A DNA stretch of 64,000 nt from the human T2T-CHM13v2.0 reference genome, Homo sapiens: the NCBI RefSeq assembly GCF_009914755.1, contig NC_060928.1. One strand, 5' to 3'. Below the pieces are notes generated by a model. The model made no database searches. It saw nothing but the letters and a program-made list of their open reading frames with translations, and had not been told where the DNA came from. Positions within the stretch are counted from its first letter, which is position 1. Each line of letters begins with the position of its first letter. This document shows positions 13,941 through 27,150 of the stretch, one piece after another. A program made the position numbers and the translations under genes.

Positions 13941-16588
13941 AAAAATTGCACCTCCTCTCTCTGCTTTATTATTATTTGCTTTATTATTTTGCAGTACACT
14001 TATAACTTTCTAATATACCCCACAATTTACTTATTTTGTTTGTTATCTGTCTCCCTCCACCAGTTAAGAAGCTCCATAAAGGTGAGGATTTTTATGTTCC
14101 TTCCTTCCTACCAACTCATTAATAATGCCTTTATTTTAAAAGATGGTTGAACTCATTACTCTGGCTTCTAGTATATTTAATACATTCAAGAACTGTTCCT
14201 AGGAAGGCATTGGCTAGGAGCAGGAATTGATTCTCGTATTGAAAAGTCTATAAAGGAAGGTGATGAATACCAAAGCCAAGAGTCTTTATTCATTAGTCAA
14301 GCTAATTTGTAGCCTTTTCAGGGAAAGAATTTCTTGACTGCAGAAGACTTATTTAAAGAAACTCAAAGTGTTTCCCTTTCAAGTCAGAGCTGTGATACAG
14401 CTCTGCACTCATAATTTGCAAGGCAAGAATTTTCAGATGCTGTTTCTGATCCTCATATGCTGTATATCTTATTTTAAACTGAAGGAGATGGTATATCTGT
14501 ATTGTCACTCTCATACCTCATCTTCCTCCAGCAATGGTATAGCTAGGAGGATGGTATAGACTGCTGAGTAGGGTTTCAAGAATGCTGCTGACACAAGTCG
14601 GTAGTTTGCCATGTTTTCCTTCACTTAGCATATATCCCCATATTTAATAATAGGGTCAGCCTTGCATGATTATTAATAGATGTCTGAAGACTACTTGCCA
14701 TTTCTGTGAAGAATCAGTTGAAGACTTAAAGACATATTCTGATTACTGCTGTCTTACACTTAATATACACTTACTTTGCTAAGGAAAGTAATCTTTTCTG
14801 GCATTTTACATCTGCCCAAAGTGTGGATTCTTGCTTCCATAATTCAGATTATGAGGCCTTTTGTGTCTGCAAATGAGCATGGTGGTAACATGGTAGGGGT
14901 GGCACCATCTACAAAGGTGAATCTGCCTAAATGATTTGAAAACAACAGAACAAAGGGAAATATTTTTTTCTGGAACTTTATGATGCTAAAAGTTTAAGTA
15001 AATTTCTCTAGGAATCACCAGATTTGCAAAGTGTTGGGAGCAATACTTTGTTGACTCTACTGGTGTTTAAGAACATGTACTGAGTGTTGGTAACCTGTTT
15101 CCAAGAATCATAAGAGAGAGAGCCCTGACAGGTTAGTTATGTCCTTACTGATTAATGTTAGTTAGGGATAGCCCAACATGTACTGTAGAGGGCACTGCTG
15201 TTCAATGTTAATATTTTTTTCTGAGTTCTACAAAGTGTAGTCATTCATAGAGCCATGAAGCCCATACTAGTTTCAAAACAAGAAACAACTACTTACAGAC
15301 TTGCTTGCTTCCTTGCCTATTTCCCCCCAAAATGGCCAAAATAAAATTTTTCCCTGTCTGGATTTAGTTTCCAAATAGGTAGGTTTCCTTCCTCCTTTCT
15401 TTCATTCTTTATTTTCATTTTCTTTCCTTTTTCCCCCTTTATTTTTAACTAAAGATGTTTTCTAACCTTTATTGGCACAAAATAATTTTGCTGGCTACCG
15501 TAAATTATAAAAAAATACTCATGACAGTTTAAATATGTGATATTTTATTGTAAAAATGCTCTTTGGGAAATGAGTACTTGAATATCACGTATATTTGATT
15601 ATCTTTTGGGATGAGGAAAATATTTTGAAATTGGATTTTGGTGATGGTTGCACATCTCTGTACATATACTAGCGATCATTGAATTGTGCACCTTAAACAC
15701 GTGAAGTTTCTGTTTTATAATTTTATTTCAATAAAGTGGTTAAAATTAAATTTATCTTTTAATGATTGTTAACTTAGTGGAATAACAAAATTACCAAGTT
15801 TCCTGTGCGTAATTGACAATGAGGGTGGACTTAAACTTCCAGAACAGAAAAAGACTCAGCCCATTCAGTTCAGGTTTCAATGCTATTTCCTAGGTAGCAA
15901 TTGTTAATGAGATATTGGAATACAGGAGTGTGTTAGTATTGATGGCAAGCAATTTGTTACACATAATGGTTAAAACACATCAGAGTTTTGAAATGATTTA
16001 CTTCTTATACAATTTAAACTGCTTAATTCTGGGATAATATTTCTCCTACTCACTTGCATTGTTGTTTTGTTTTGTTTTCTGGGTGGAATTACAAGTAGTG
16101 CATTGGGAATTGCTTTAAACCTGGTTGGACTCATGGAGATGTGTCACATATTTTCATCAACTGTCATGTGTCAGAGTGGATAAAGGACTGAAAAAGCCTA
16201 GAGAAAAGTTCATGTTTAACCTCAAGATGCCAAATGACAAAAAGCCAATTGCTCTTTGCACATTTCCAATTCTATTTCTTCTTTTCCTTCTGTAGCCCGA
16301 ACTGATGAAACAGCCCAAACTTACCAAAACACAGAAACATTTATTTCTGAAATACCCAGCATTTTGAGGAGCACAGTATTCCCAGAACTCAGGAATGTGC
16401 TGCTCTGTGAGTTCTAACTTGCCAAGGCTTTCAGTGTTTCTGCAGGAGAGGAATGGGGAAATCTATTGCACACTCAGGTTAGAGACATGTTTATTCATAT
16501 TTAAATACACAAGGAAATGTCTTGCTGTACCCATCTCTTCCATTCTGGGAATCTGGGAAACTAAGCCTGTAACTTGTAGCTTGTAGAA

Positions 16589-16716
16589 TGAATGATGGAG
16601 TAGAATAAATAAGAAAGGAATATATCATTAAATGCACAGGTTAAATAAATAAAAATCTATTAATAAAGAGCCTAAAGAAAGAAAGATGACATTTCAGCAC
16701 ATATTGGGTGAAATAA
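16589..16716 (+). repeat. 128 bp direct repeat, copy 1
   Basis: Matches 17727-17854 with 4 substitutions and no indels. Confidence 0.95.
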
Positions 16717-16723
16717 GTTGTTT

Positions 16724-16888
16724 AGTCCAGCACTTCTCAATTTTTAGTGGATATGTGAATTGCCTATTAAAATGCAAATTTTAAATTAGTTAATCTGGGT
16801 TGGACCTGAGTCTGCGTTTCCAACAAGCTCCCAGGTGATGTCAATGCTATTGGTCCAAAGACTATGTTTTGTGTAGCAAGGGTTCTAG
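16724..16888. mobile_element. MER5A-like hAT MITE
   Basis: 'ttaaaatgcaaatt...ctgggttggacctgagtctgcgtttccaacaagctcccaggtgatg...tggtcc'. Confidence 0.75.
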
Positions 16889-17071
16889 ATACAATTACAT
16901 TAGAAAAGATCAGAGAAAAGTGGAGTGATTGTACTGAAGGCATAATAGATCCTTCTCTGTTTCCTAAAGCCCAAGTAAATAGGCAATCCTCTTTGCTATA
17001 GGATTATTATGAAATGTTCAAAGCCTTAACTTATTGCTTCATCAAAATATACTGACCCTATTATAGAACTA

Positions 17072-17408
17072 CAGTCATGAAACATATAACAACATCTTTG
17101 TCAATCACAGATCGCATGTATGACAGTGGTCCCATATGACTTATACACATTTTTAATGTACCTTTTTTATATTTAGATATGTGTAGATACACAAATATTT
17201 ACTATTGTGTTACAATTGCCTACAGTATTCAGTACAGTAACGTGCTATACAGGTCTGTAGCCAAGGAGTAATATGCTGCATAGTCTAGGTGTGTAATAGG
17301 TTATATCATCTAGGTGCATGTAAGTATACTCTATGATGTCTGCATAAGGACAAAATCGCCTAACGATGCATTTCTCAGAATGTTTCCCTGTCAAGTAACG
17401 CATGACTG
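17072..17408. mobile_element. Tigger3/MER7-like Tc1-mariner MITE
   Basis: Terminal inverted repeats CAGTCATG...CATGACTG, preceded by TA. Confidence 0.85.
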
Positions 17409-17726
17409 GTGGATCCATGTTTACTTTCTATAGGACATAAATCAGTGAGGGATTTAGAAGTTCCTATACACAGCTCAGTGTGATCTGATTTGTAATGCGC
17501 AATAGAAAGTGTCAAGATATTCTCCACTCATCGTTATCTCTACAAAATGTGTCCCAAAGTGGTGAGAAATTTGGTACATTACACTCTAATGGCAGTGTTT
17601 CTTGCTCCAAATGTGTGCATCCTCCAATGTTTGATTTTACCTCTATAGATAGACCTAAACCATAACATTGGTTACAGTGTTAAAAATGTTGGAGATGGGA
17701 GTGAGGAGGTGAGAAGGGAGGCACTG

Positions 17727-17854
17727 TGAATGATGGAGTAGAATAAATAAGAAAGAAATATATCATTAAATGCACAGGTTCAATAAATAAAAATCTATTA
17801 ATAAAGAGCCTAAAGAAAGGAAGATGACATTTCAACACATATTGGGTGAAATAA
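17727..17854 (+). repeat. 128 bp direct repeat, copy 2
   Basis: Matches 16589-16716 at 124/128. Confidence 0.95.
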
Positions 17855-18714
17855 TTCAGAGGAGATGATAGAGTAGGGAATCCAGAAATTTACTGAAATT
17901 ATTTTCTCACAGCAACTAGTTGAGGGTCATTTAGTAGAGAGGAGTGGATACTGGAATCAGAGCCTCATTTGTATTCATCATGGTTCATTCTATTTAACTA
18001 TATCTACTAAATCATAATTGTTCTCATAGAAAAAAAAGGTGACTTTTAGTGAATCATGGACCAAACCCAATATTAGTTCTTTGAAATGTGCTTGAGTAAT
18101 ATTTAGTTGCATCAATATATTTTTAAAAACAACATCTTGCATTCAATCCCTTCTGAATTTAATCCTACTGGCTTCTTGCCTAGATTGTCTTCAGAAACAC
18201 AGGAAAGAATCAAGCTTCTCAGTTTTATTTTCCCAGGAGGATTTTGTATTATAATGAAATGAACAGAGTTCCAAGGTCTATGGAATGAATACTTTTGATG
18301 CCTATACAATGTGTTCCTCAGAGCTTACGAAAGATGTTGCACATATATTCTCTTATCCAGGGAGGCAGTATGCATACTGGCAGGGTGAAAGGGGAAAGCT
18401 GTTGTAATCAGAAAAAGCTGCTCGACAGGAGGCAAATCCCTTCTTTGGATTTCAGTTTTCTTCCTTGTCATTGAATGAAGAATCAGCAAGTTTCTTCATC
18501 ACCTTCACACCGTTCTCTCCATCCTCCCTTCTTAACAAGAAGGTTCCTTCTTCCTTCCCATGGCTAGCCCATGGATAGATCCTCCCACGACTCCTACACA
18601 CTCTCAATCTTTGCAAACACTTTATTCCCCTGGAAGGTCTGTCTGCTCGTATATTTATTACCTGTCTCCCCATCCGCAACCCGTCCCTACAAATAAACTG
18701 TTCCGTGAGAGAGA

Positions 18715-18950
18715 CAGCGCAGCTGAGAGCACAGACCCTGAGACTGGACTAATTGGGTTCAAATCCCATTTCTGCCATTTATTTGCTGTGTGAACCTGGG
18801 AAGTCACCTAACTCCTCAATTTCCTTGTTTGCAAAACGGAAGTGACAGTAGTACCCACCTCCTTGTTATGAGTCCAGTGAATTAAAAACTTGTTAACACA
18901 ACTCAAATAATGTCTGGCATTTGGCCCTATGTCAGTGGTTGGTAAATCAA
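18715..18950 (+). mobile_element. MIR
   Basis: 'gggttcaaatcccatttctgccatttatttgctgtgtgaacctgggaagtcacctaactcctcaatttcc'. Confidence 0.75.
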
Positions 18951-20404
18951 ATAAATGAAAGCAAGCACTGACTGATTTGTTTTCTGCTGTATCTCCCAAA
19001 GTATTTAATGATCTGTTCATTAAGTGAATCTGTACAGTAAAAGGATAGGTTAGATGATGGAAGGTAGGCTCTGTCTACCTTGTGAATCTTGCCATGGAAT
19101 CTAATACTGGCACAAAGAGTCACATAAAAAAGAGATTTCTTTCTGTCTCCTGAACAAATGTACTTGTTTACTCTCTTTCTTCTCTTTTTATATAAAGATT
19201 ATTATGAAACACTAGTCCTGTCCAGGGGCCTGTGTTTTTAATTACTACACAGGCAATGCAGAAAGGTAATATATTACAATAGTAATAACCATGAGTTTTA
19301 TAATCAGACAGATCCATGTGATCACTGGGAAGTAACAAAACCTCTCTGAACCTTAGTTTCCTCATTCATAAAATGGAGATAGTCACATGCCTCAGAGGGT
19401 TTTGAAGATTAAATGAGATACTGTTTATAAAGTACTTAGATTCTGTTGTATGTTCAATAAATTGTAAATTTGGTAGTCTTTCTATATGTAGAACCTAACT
19501 TTGGCTAAAAATAATATATATTTTTAACATACAATAGAATATATACATTTTATTTTTATTTTAAAATATTTAATTGACAAATACAATTTTACATATTCAA
19601 GGTGTACGACATGATATATTTTTATAATAACATTTTATAAGATTGACAGCATTTTGTGGAATCATAGCATGTTAGCAATGGAAGAGAGTTTCAAAAATAT
19701 CCACTCTGACTTTGCTATTATGCAGATAAATAAAGTGATCTGCAGTGAGATTAAGTGGTACCACAGAGGGGCCAGCATTTAGACCTCTTGACTTTTTTGT
19801 CTGTGCTTTTTTTCTGAAGCCTTATTGTTTTTTGCAACCCAAGACATGGTGGGTGCTCTATAGATACAGTGCTTATTGAATGAATGTTGGAAAAACTAAT
19901 AGCTATTGAATACTTATTGCAATATTCTGCCAAGCACTTAGGACATTTTTTTAATTGCCAAATAATTGTCCTTCCCTTGAAGTACTCATGTCTTACTGAA
20001 GAAGGATATTACATAGCCCCCTTAGCAGCATTTCCCACCCTTGAATATCCCTTTTTATTGAAACACTCTTTTTCTTTTGATTTCCATAATTCCATACTCT
20101 TTTTCTTTCTGACCCCATCTGTTCTCTAAATATCTTTTGGGTGTGGGTAGGTGACGGAGGAAACAAGACTGGCTGCTGAGGTGTGGTAACTTGAAACGGG
20201 CGATAGGTATGAGGATTCATTCTATTGTGCTCTGTACTTCGTTATATCTTTAAAATATTCTATAATTAAAAAAATTTTTTTTTAAATCTTTTGCTAATTG
20301 CATCTCCTCTAGTCAACCTAAGTGTCTGGTGTTGCTCCATGCTCTGTCCTGGGTGTTCTCCTTTCTCTAGTTGATCTCATTCAGTCAGTTTCAATTACCA
20401 TCTA

Positions 20405-20600
20405 AGCCAATGGTTCTCAAATTTTTGTGTGCGTAAGAATTACTTGAAGACTTGGAAAAGTGCAAATTCCTGTACTGAATCCAGTACCCACCCAGACTAT
20501 TTCAGTAGGTCTGGTCTTGCATCTCAGAGTTCTGCATTTTATACAAGTAGCCTGGGGGATTCAGAGAGAGATAAACCAAAAATTACGCCTGAGAAACATT
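20405..20600. mobile_element. MER5A-like element within L2
   Basis: 'caatggttctcaaa...gaattacttgaagac...cagtaggtctgg...ctgcattttatacaag...ctgagaaacattg'. Confidence 0.7.
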
Positions 20601-21049
20601 GATCTGTACGTGATTTTCAGACTACAATATCCAGCTGTATCTTTCACATATCTCTATTCAGTGCTTAGAATTCAGCATTTGCAAAGCTGAATTGATCATC
20701 TTCTTTCTGATTCTCACAACCTTCCTTTGCCCCGTCAAATAGGCCCTTTTCTGGCATTTTCTTTCTCAGTAAATGATGCCAAAATTCACCAAGTTACTCA
20801 TGTGAAAAACCTGAAAATTATACTTGACACCTCTCTCATCCCTCACATCCAGTTGAATGTCAAATCTGGTTCTTTCGACTTCTTAGACATATCTCAAGTT
20901 GTATTGCAAGTCCCACCACTTTATCCAAGCCACGTTTATCCTTTTCCTGAAATACTGAACTAGGCTCCAACTAGTCTCCCTTCATCAAAAGATATCTCCT
21001 TTCTCCACAGAGATTGTTCTCTATATGAAGCTAGAATCATCTTTTAAAA

Positions 21050-21135
21050 ACCATCATGGCACATGTATACCTATGTAACAAACCTGCACATTCTGCACAT
21101 GTACCCCAGAACTTAAAGTATAATAAAAAATGAAA
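21050..21135 (+). mobile_element. Very short L1PA 3' end
   Basis: 'catggcacatgtatacctatgtaacaaacctgcac...agaacttaaagtataataaaaaa'. Confidence 0.85.
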
Positions 21136-21759
21136 ACGGGGTAATTTATAAAGAAAAAAATTCTAATGTAGTAACATCTCTGCCCTGCTATGTCTTTAAC
21201 AATTTTGTGTTTGAGGATGTAATGCCAGATTCTTAATATAGTCTTCAAAAACCAGCATGATCTGTTTCTTGCCTGCCTTTAAGTTTCTGCTTAAACAATG
21301 CTTCCTCAGAGAAGTCTTCCATGAGCTTCTAGACTGGTTTAGTTTTCACTATTATAATACTTATTTCAGTGTCATCGTATTAAACAAATCATAATGAAAT
21401 TACATATTTCCATGTTAATCACTGGAACAGTTGTCTTTTGGATTGGAAGGTTTGTAGTTTTCAGTAAAGACTACCTTTTGCTCTACTGAGATTTCCACAG
21501 AGTAAATGTTTTCAGTGATGGTTGTTTCCATTTATCTTGATTACCCAAAGTCCTTAAACTTTTCTTCATAGCACCACAACTATAATTAGATAGGTATTTG
21601 TCTAATGTATTTTAGTGTCTGTCTTCCCAGCAAGCACCATGAGAAAAAGGTCTGGGCCTTTTTGTTCCAGTGCTGTATATCTAGCACCTAACAGCTCTTC
21701 ACTCAAATTAGACACTCAATGAATGAATGAATGAATAAAGTATAATATAAGGAGTAATT

Positions 21760-22047
21760 GGCCAGGCACAGTGGCTCACACCTGTAATCCCAGCACTTTG
21801 GGAGGCCGAGGTGGGCAGATCATGAGGTCAGGAGTTTGAGACCAGCCTGACCAACATGGTGAAACCCCGTCTCTACTAAAAATACAAAAATTGGCTGGGC
21901 GTGGTGGCACGTGCCTGTAATTCCAGCTACACTCAGGAGGCTAAGGCAGGAGAATCACTTGAACCCAGGAGGCAGAGGTCGCAGTGAGCCGAGATTGCAC
22001 CACTGCACTCCAGCCTTGGGGAGAGAGGGAGACTCTGTCTCAAAAAA
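21760..22047 (+). mobile_element. AluS
   Basis: Full dimer; TSD-like tataaggagtaatt / tatatggagtaatt. Confidence 0.92.
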
Positions 22048-22315
22048 CATATATGGAGTAATTATATATATCATAAAAGATGTATAAGTAGAAATAAAGC
22101 ACTAGGATATTTAGGATTCAAATGGTTTATTTTGCCATATGATATTAAAAGTTGCTTTGAAGTAAGAGCATTTTGTGTTTTCCAGTGAATGACAGTGGAC
22201 TTAAGGGACATTAGGGACATTCCCTAATGTCCTAGGGAATCATTAGCTTATGTAATATTGCAAACCATGAGACTGGTGGAATCACACAGAATGTAAGAAG
22301 AAGAAAAACATTTAA

Positions 22316-22605
22316 GGCTGGGCGCAGTGGCTCACGCCTGTAATCCCAACACTTTGGGAGGCTGAGGCTGGCGGATCACGAGGTCAGGAGATCGAGACCA
22401 TCCTGGCTAACACAGTGAAACCCCATCTCTACTAAAAATACAAAAAATTAGCCGGGCGCAGTGGTAGGCGCCTGTAGACCCAGCTACTCGGCAGGCTGAA
22501 GAAGGAGAATGGCATGAACCCGGGAGGCAGAGCTTGCAGATAAGGCCACTGCACTCCAGCCTGGGCGACAGAGCGAGACTCCTTCTCAAAAAAAAAAAAA
22601 AAAAA
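22316..22605 (+). mobile_element. AluY with small right-arm deletion
   Basis: AluY diagnostics, poly(A), TSD-like aagaaaaacatttaa / aagaaaagcacttaa. Confidence 0.92.
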
Positions 22606-23756
22606 GAAAAGCACTTAAACTCTGGGGACAGGAAAATTAGTAGAATCTAGTAACAGAAACTGAGAAAGTTTGACCCATGGGATAAGCAAAAAACCAGGAA
22701 AGAATGGTGTTTTGGAAGCTTTGTGAAGATCACGTTTCAAGAAAAGAATGGTCTCTGGTGGAGTGATTATGTAAACTCACTGAGATCTGACCACTGGATT
22801 TTGCAATTTGGAGCAAGACAAGAGCTATTTCAGAGCTGTGAAGATCAGAAACTATTTGCACTGGGAAAAGGGAGGATAGATTAAAGATAAAAATGCATAT
22901 ACCATGTGACTCGGAAAATCTATTTCTAGGAACATATCCAAGAGAAACTCTTGCATGTTTGTACCATTGGACCCGTGTAAGACTATTCAGTGCTACATTA
23001 TCTGTAATGGCAATATACTAGAAAAGTCGATATTTAAGTTATGGGTCAGGCTTACAAAGAAATATTATACAGCTATGAACATGAATAAGCTATGCACACT
23101 TTATTGTATATAACATATATAATATTGATCTCATTTATATGACTTTCAAAGGCAGGTAGAATTAAACCATAAGTTTTTTAGGAATATATCCGTGAATGGT
23201 GAAACCATGAAGAAAATGAAAGAAATTAAGATACCATGCCACGTAACAGTTACATTGTGAAAGGTGGGGAAAGGTCAGTTCGTAGACAGGAGGTGCCCAT
23301 GGGGTCTTCTAAGATACTGGTGATGCTATTTTTATTAATAGATGTCTCGTACCAAGAGGTTCACTTTTTAAAATTAGACTTTAAATGTGATGTGTTTAAT
23401 AATAAAAAATTAAAAAGCAAAAGGAGAGAATGGAGGAAGAAAATAAAAATAGAGGCAATAGGTTTAGACAGATCTTTAGAATAGTTTTGCTTTTAAGAGC
23501 AGGAGATGAGAAATGACACAATAGCTGGACAGGAGATATGGGTCAAGGGAGGGATTTTTTTTTAATTGGGGATAGTATGGCGTGTCTTTATGCTGACAAA
23601 TATTCAGTAGAGAAGGAAACATTACATCTTAATTTATTCTTGCACTATTAAATTCAGGTAGATATCTTGGCTAAGAAGTAAACTTGTCAGAATAAAAACT
23701 TGTCTAGTTTAGGAAAAATATACTCGGTGGCTTTTATTTATTTATAATTTTTAATC

Positions 23757-23905
23757 TTTTTTTTTGAGACAGGTTTTTGCTCTGTCACCCCAGCTGGAGT
23801 GCAGTGGCATGATCATAGCTCACTGCAACACTGAACTTCTGGATCCAAGTGATCCTCCTACCTCGGCCTTCAGGGAATACAGGGAATACTTGTACCACCA
23901 TGCCC
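23757..23905 (-). mobile_element. AluJ fragment
   Basis: 'tttgagacagg...gctggagtgcagtggcatgatcatagctcactgca'. Confidence 0.8.
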
Positions 23906-26900
23906 ATCAATGACTTATTGCTCCACTGTCTTGAGCCCTGAGTGCATATATTATTTTATTAATCATTGATACGCTTGTTCAAACCTCTGGCAAATGGATA
24001 TTGTAAATATTCCATAGAATCTGCTTTTTCTTTCTGCTGAATGACTCATCAGTATAAACTTTTCCAAAGTCCATTTTTATTTACAACTATCTTAGGCAGT
24101 TATCCAATTAATGACTTTAGATTTGGGATGGTGCTTTTGTTTTACATGTCATGAGCATATACTAAAGCTAGAGAAGGAATACTCCCCAAAACTGTGAAAT
24201 CATGCCAAGTCTTCTTTGCTCAAAAGAATGGGATCCTTCAAATGGGAGCAATACCTTTTAAGAAATTGGATTGGATAACTGTAGGTTCCCTTACAGCAGT
24301 AAATATTGAATGAATCCCTTCCTTATGACTTATTTTAGGGGTGCCAGTCATAGCAATTTGGGAGTTGCAGTAGTGTGTTAAGTAAGCAATGAATTACTGA
24401 GAAAATAGATTGGGAGTGCCTTCTGGAAGACAAGTTGGCAGTGGCATGGGATAATTTGCTAGAAAATATATAATCCCAGATGACTGACTGCAGCTGATCT
24501 TCCTGTATGCAGGCCCGTCCCACACCATCATTAGAAAAACATTTGGGCCAAATGCAGCAGCTGTTTTAGCATGTGGCTCAAGATTTTATAGGCAACAACT
24601 TGTACTAGAAATGCACTATTTTGGGCTTCATGACTGTAAATACAAATTGGTGTCCACCTGCCTAATTTCTATGAAGAAATATGTTCTTTGCCTAATGATT
24701 TACAATTTTAAGCATGTTTTTCTGAGTTCCTATAGCAGTTCAAAAACCAGGATTGAAACAACAGGCAGGATTTGGAATGCGTTTTTGACAGCGATGGCTC
24801 GTCCCCCCGCCAACTTTTGTCTCAGGTTCTTTTGGACTGTTGGGAGGCAGGGCATCTGATTGTCTTTGGCATGTCTCTGCAGTCAGTTAATCATGTCTTG
24901 AGCACAGACAAAAGGGAAGAAAATGGAAACAAGATTTGTTTGGTAGGAGGAGTCCTGCTAAGACTTGTCTGTCCCTGAGCTGAGATATGCTCATTTACCT
25001 TAAATCTTTCCATAAACTACATTCCAAATTCCAGTTTATAAATCTTTATCCTATTTCCCAAACCTCATCTCACACGTTTTCTGTAATCTGGTGGGCACAG
25101 ATATTCCCTTGGTGAACCTGAGAAAATCTAGAGTGACCAAGGATCTGAAATGAGTAACACAGCTGTTCAGGTTCCTGGGCCCTACGGTAGGATTTCCTTC
25201 TTCAGACAAGGGAAGAAGGTAGATAAAGAAAGGAGCATTTCATCTTGCAGCAGCATGGAAGAGAGCTGGGAGTTTAATTTTTTATAAAAAAAGCAATCAA
25301 ACCATCCAAGGCAGCCAATTTTCAACCAAAAGTATTTCAGAATTACCTGAAGATTTATCTAAAATTATGCCAAAATTACCTACAATTACCTAAAAAAAGT
25401 ATATTGTACAATTTAATTTTCCTTCTGTTATTTGATATGAATACCTAGCTGCTATTTATTAGTAGTAGATACAGGCTATTAAAGAGATAAAATATTCCAA
25501 AAAGTGTGATCCTTAGAAACCAAAATTCCACAGAAGAGTTATTTGTAATTGGCAAGGTTGGCTCTGATTGAGTGTCAAATTTCCTGTACAATGATGGATC
25601 AACTTAGAAATTTGATTGATTCAAAGCCTTCTGAAATTGTACAACTCTTTCAGGATTTGTATCATTTACATGTCTTCTTTTATTATTTTCCATTGAATGA
25701 TGTTTTGATATACACTTGACTGCTTATAAGGGCAATATTTTAAAATCAGAGTAATTTCTTTAAAATTAAAATATTTCAGCAAAATACATTTTAAAATGCA
25801 CTATATTACCCAAATAATATTACACTTATAGATGGTTTAAGAACAATAAAAAATATAATTCATAAACTCACTGCTTTAGTATAACAAACCTGATTAATGT
25901 TCTATGTTCTTTATTAGACTTTCTCCCATGTATAGCTTTACAAAGTAGTAGTTGATGAGTAAATACAATTTTGTGATTTGTTTTTTTCACATAAAATAAG
26001 AACAAACTCAGTATGTAAATTACTTCATAGGTTTTTAAGCTACTTTAATACATTTCTTGTATCTATTACATGAATATGAAATGATTTTATTTCTTCTATC
26101 ATTGGAAGCTTAGACAGCTATCCACTTTTCACTCATATATATATATTCAAGTGCATATAACTGTATATATATTTTTATTACTTAAAATGGTTTGACTTTT
26201 GATTGAATTTTCCAATGTTCAGGAGATTTAAAATAAATTCAGCTGCACTTATTATAGCTAACACATTGTTCATGCTTTTGTTGATCCTTTCAGCATGACT
26301 TATCAGTATCATGTTTTCCTGTAGTCATAGAAAAATAATATGCATAATATATACACTTAAGTGCACACATAAACATACCAAGTTACATAATTATTTCATT
26401 GTTTTGAGATGTTAACGTGTGACTTGATTATCTCACAACTTTTTTCTTTCTTTATGTGAAAGTATAGGAAAATACTTATTCATTAACTAAAAAGAAAACC
26501 AGAGAGAGATTATTTTCTCTTAAATGTTAGCAAGAACTTTCTTGAAAATAATTCTACAACTATATAAAAAGTAGAAAAATACCGTCTTTACTTTCTAAAA
26601 GTGTACTTTAGGATTTATGGCATATTTATTTAATAGCTAGCAATAAAACTGTAATGGAAGTCAAAACACAGAATCCTCGAAAAGTTCCAAACAACACAAG
26701 AATTGTTTACTGATTGCAATTTTAAAATCCACACACCACTTTTCGAAATGTTGCACATGAGAAACAAAACCACTTCCTTATTTAAAGATATGTTGTCATA
26801 ACGCTAAGCTAAGTATTTTTGTGGTTGTTTTATAAAAAATTCAGTTAAGCAACTATGTACCTTATGAAAATAATATCAAGCATATTATCTAAACAATATC

Positions 26901-27041
26901 TAAGAGTTTCGATGAAGTTTTCAGAGAAGTAACTAGAAGATTGCTAGACACAGTCAAAATTTGCTAAGCTTCTTTATATTTTTCCCATACTGTAAGATAT
27001 AGTAAAACTTTTAAAGCTACAAAGACAAAAACAGGACTTAC

Positions 27042-27049
27042 CTATACAT
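27042..27049 (-). CDS. TMPRSS11D: TMPRSS11D exon 1 coding part (ATG TAT AG)
   Basis: Reverse strand ...aggattaaaATGTATAG|GTAAGT, consensus donor; joins exon 2 to give MYRPARVTSTSRF. Confidence 0.93.
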
Positions 27050-27150
27050 TTTAATCCTTAATGAAGAGGTTCTTTTTTCTGCCTACTCAACTGCTTTGAG
27101 ATTCCCACTCAAATGAATGACTCTCATGTATTACGTGTGATCTATAGTTG
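27050..27150 (-). promoter_or_regulatory. TMPRSS11D: TMPRSS11D 5'UTR and core promoter
   Basis: Inr-like TCATTCATTTG (27120-27110) with TATA-like TATAGA (27146-27141) about 30 nt upstream; exact TSS is inferred. Confidence 0.6.
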
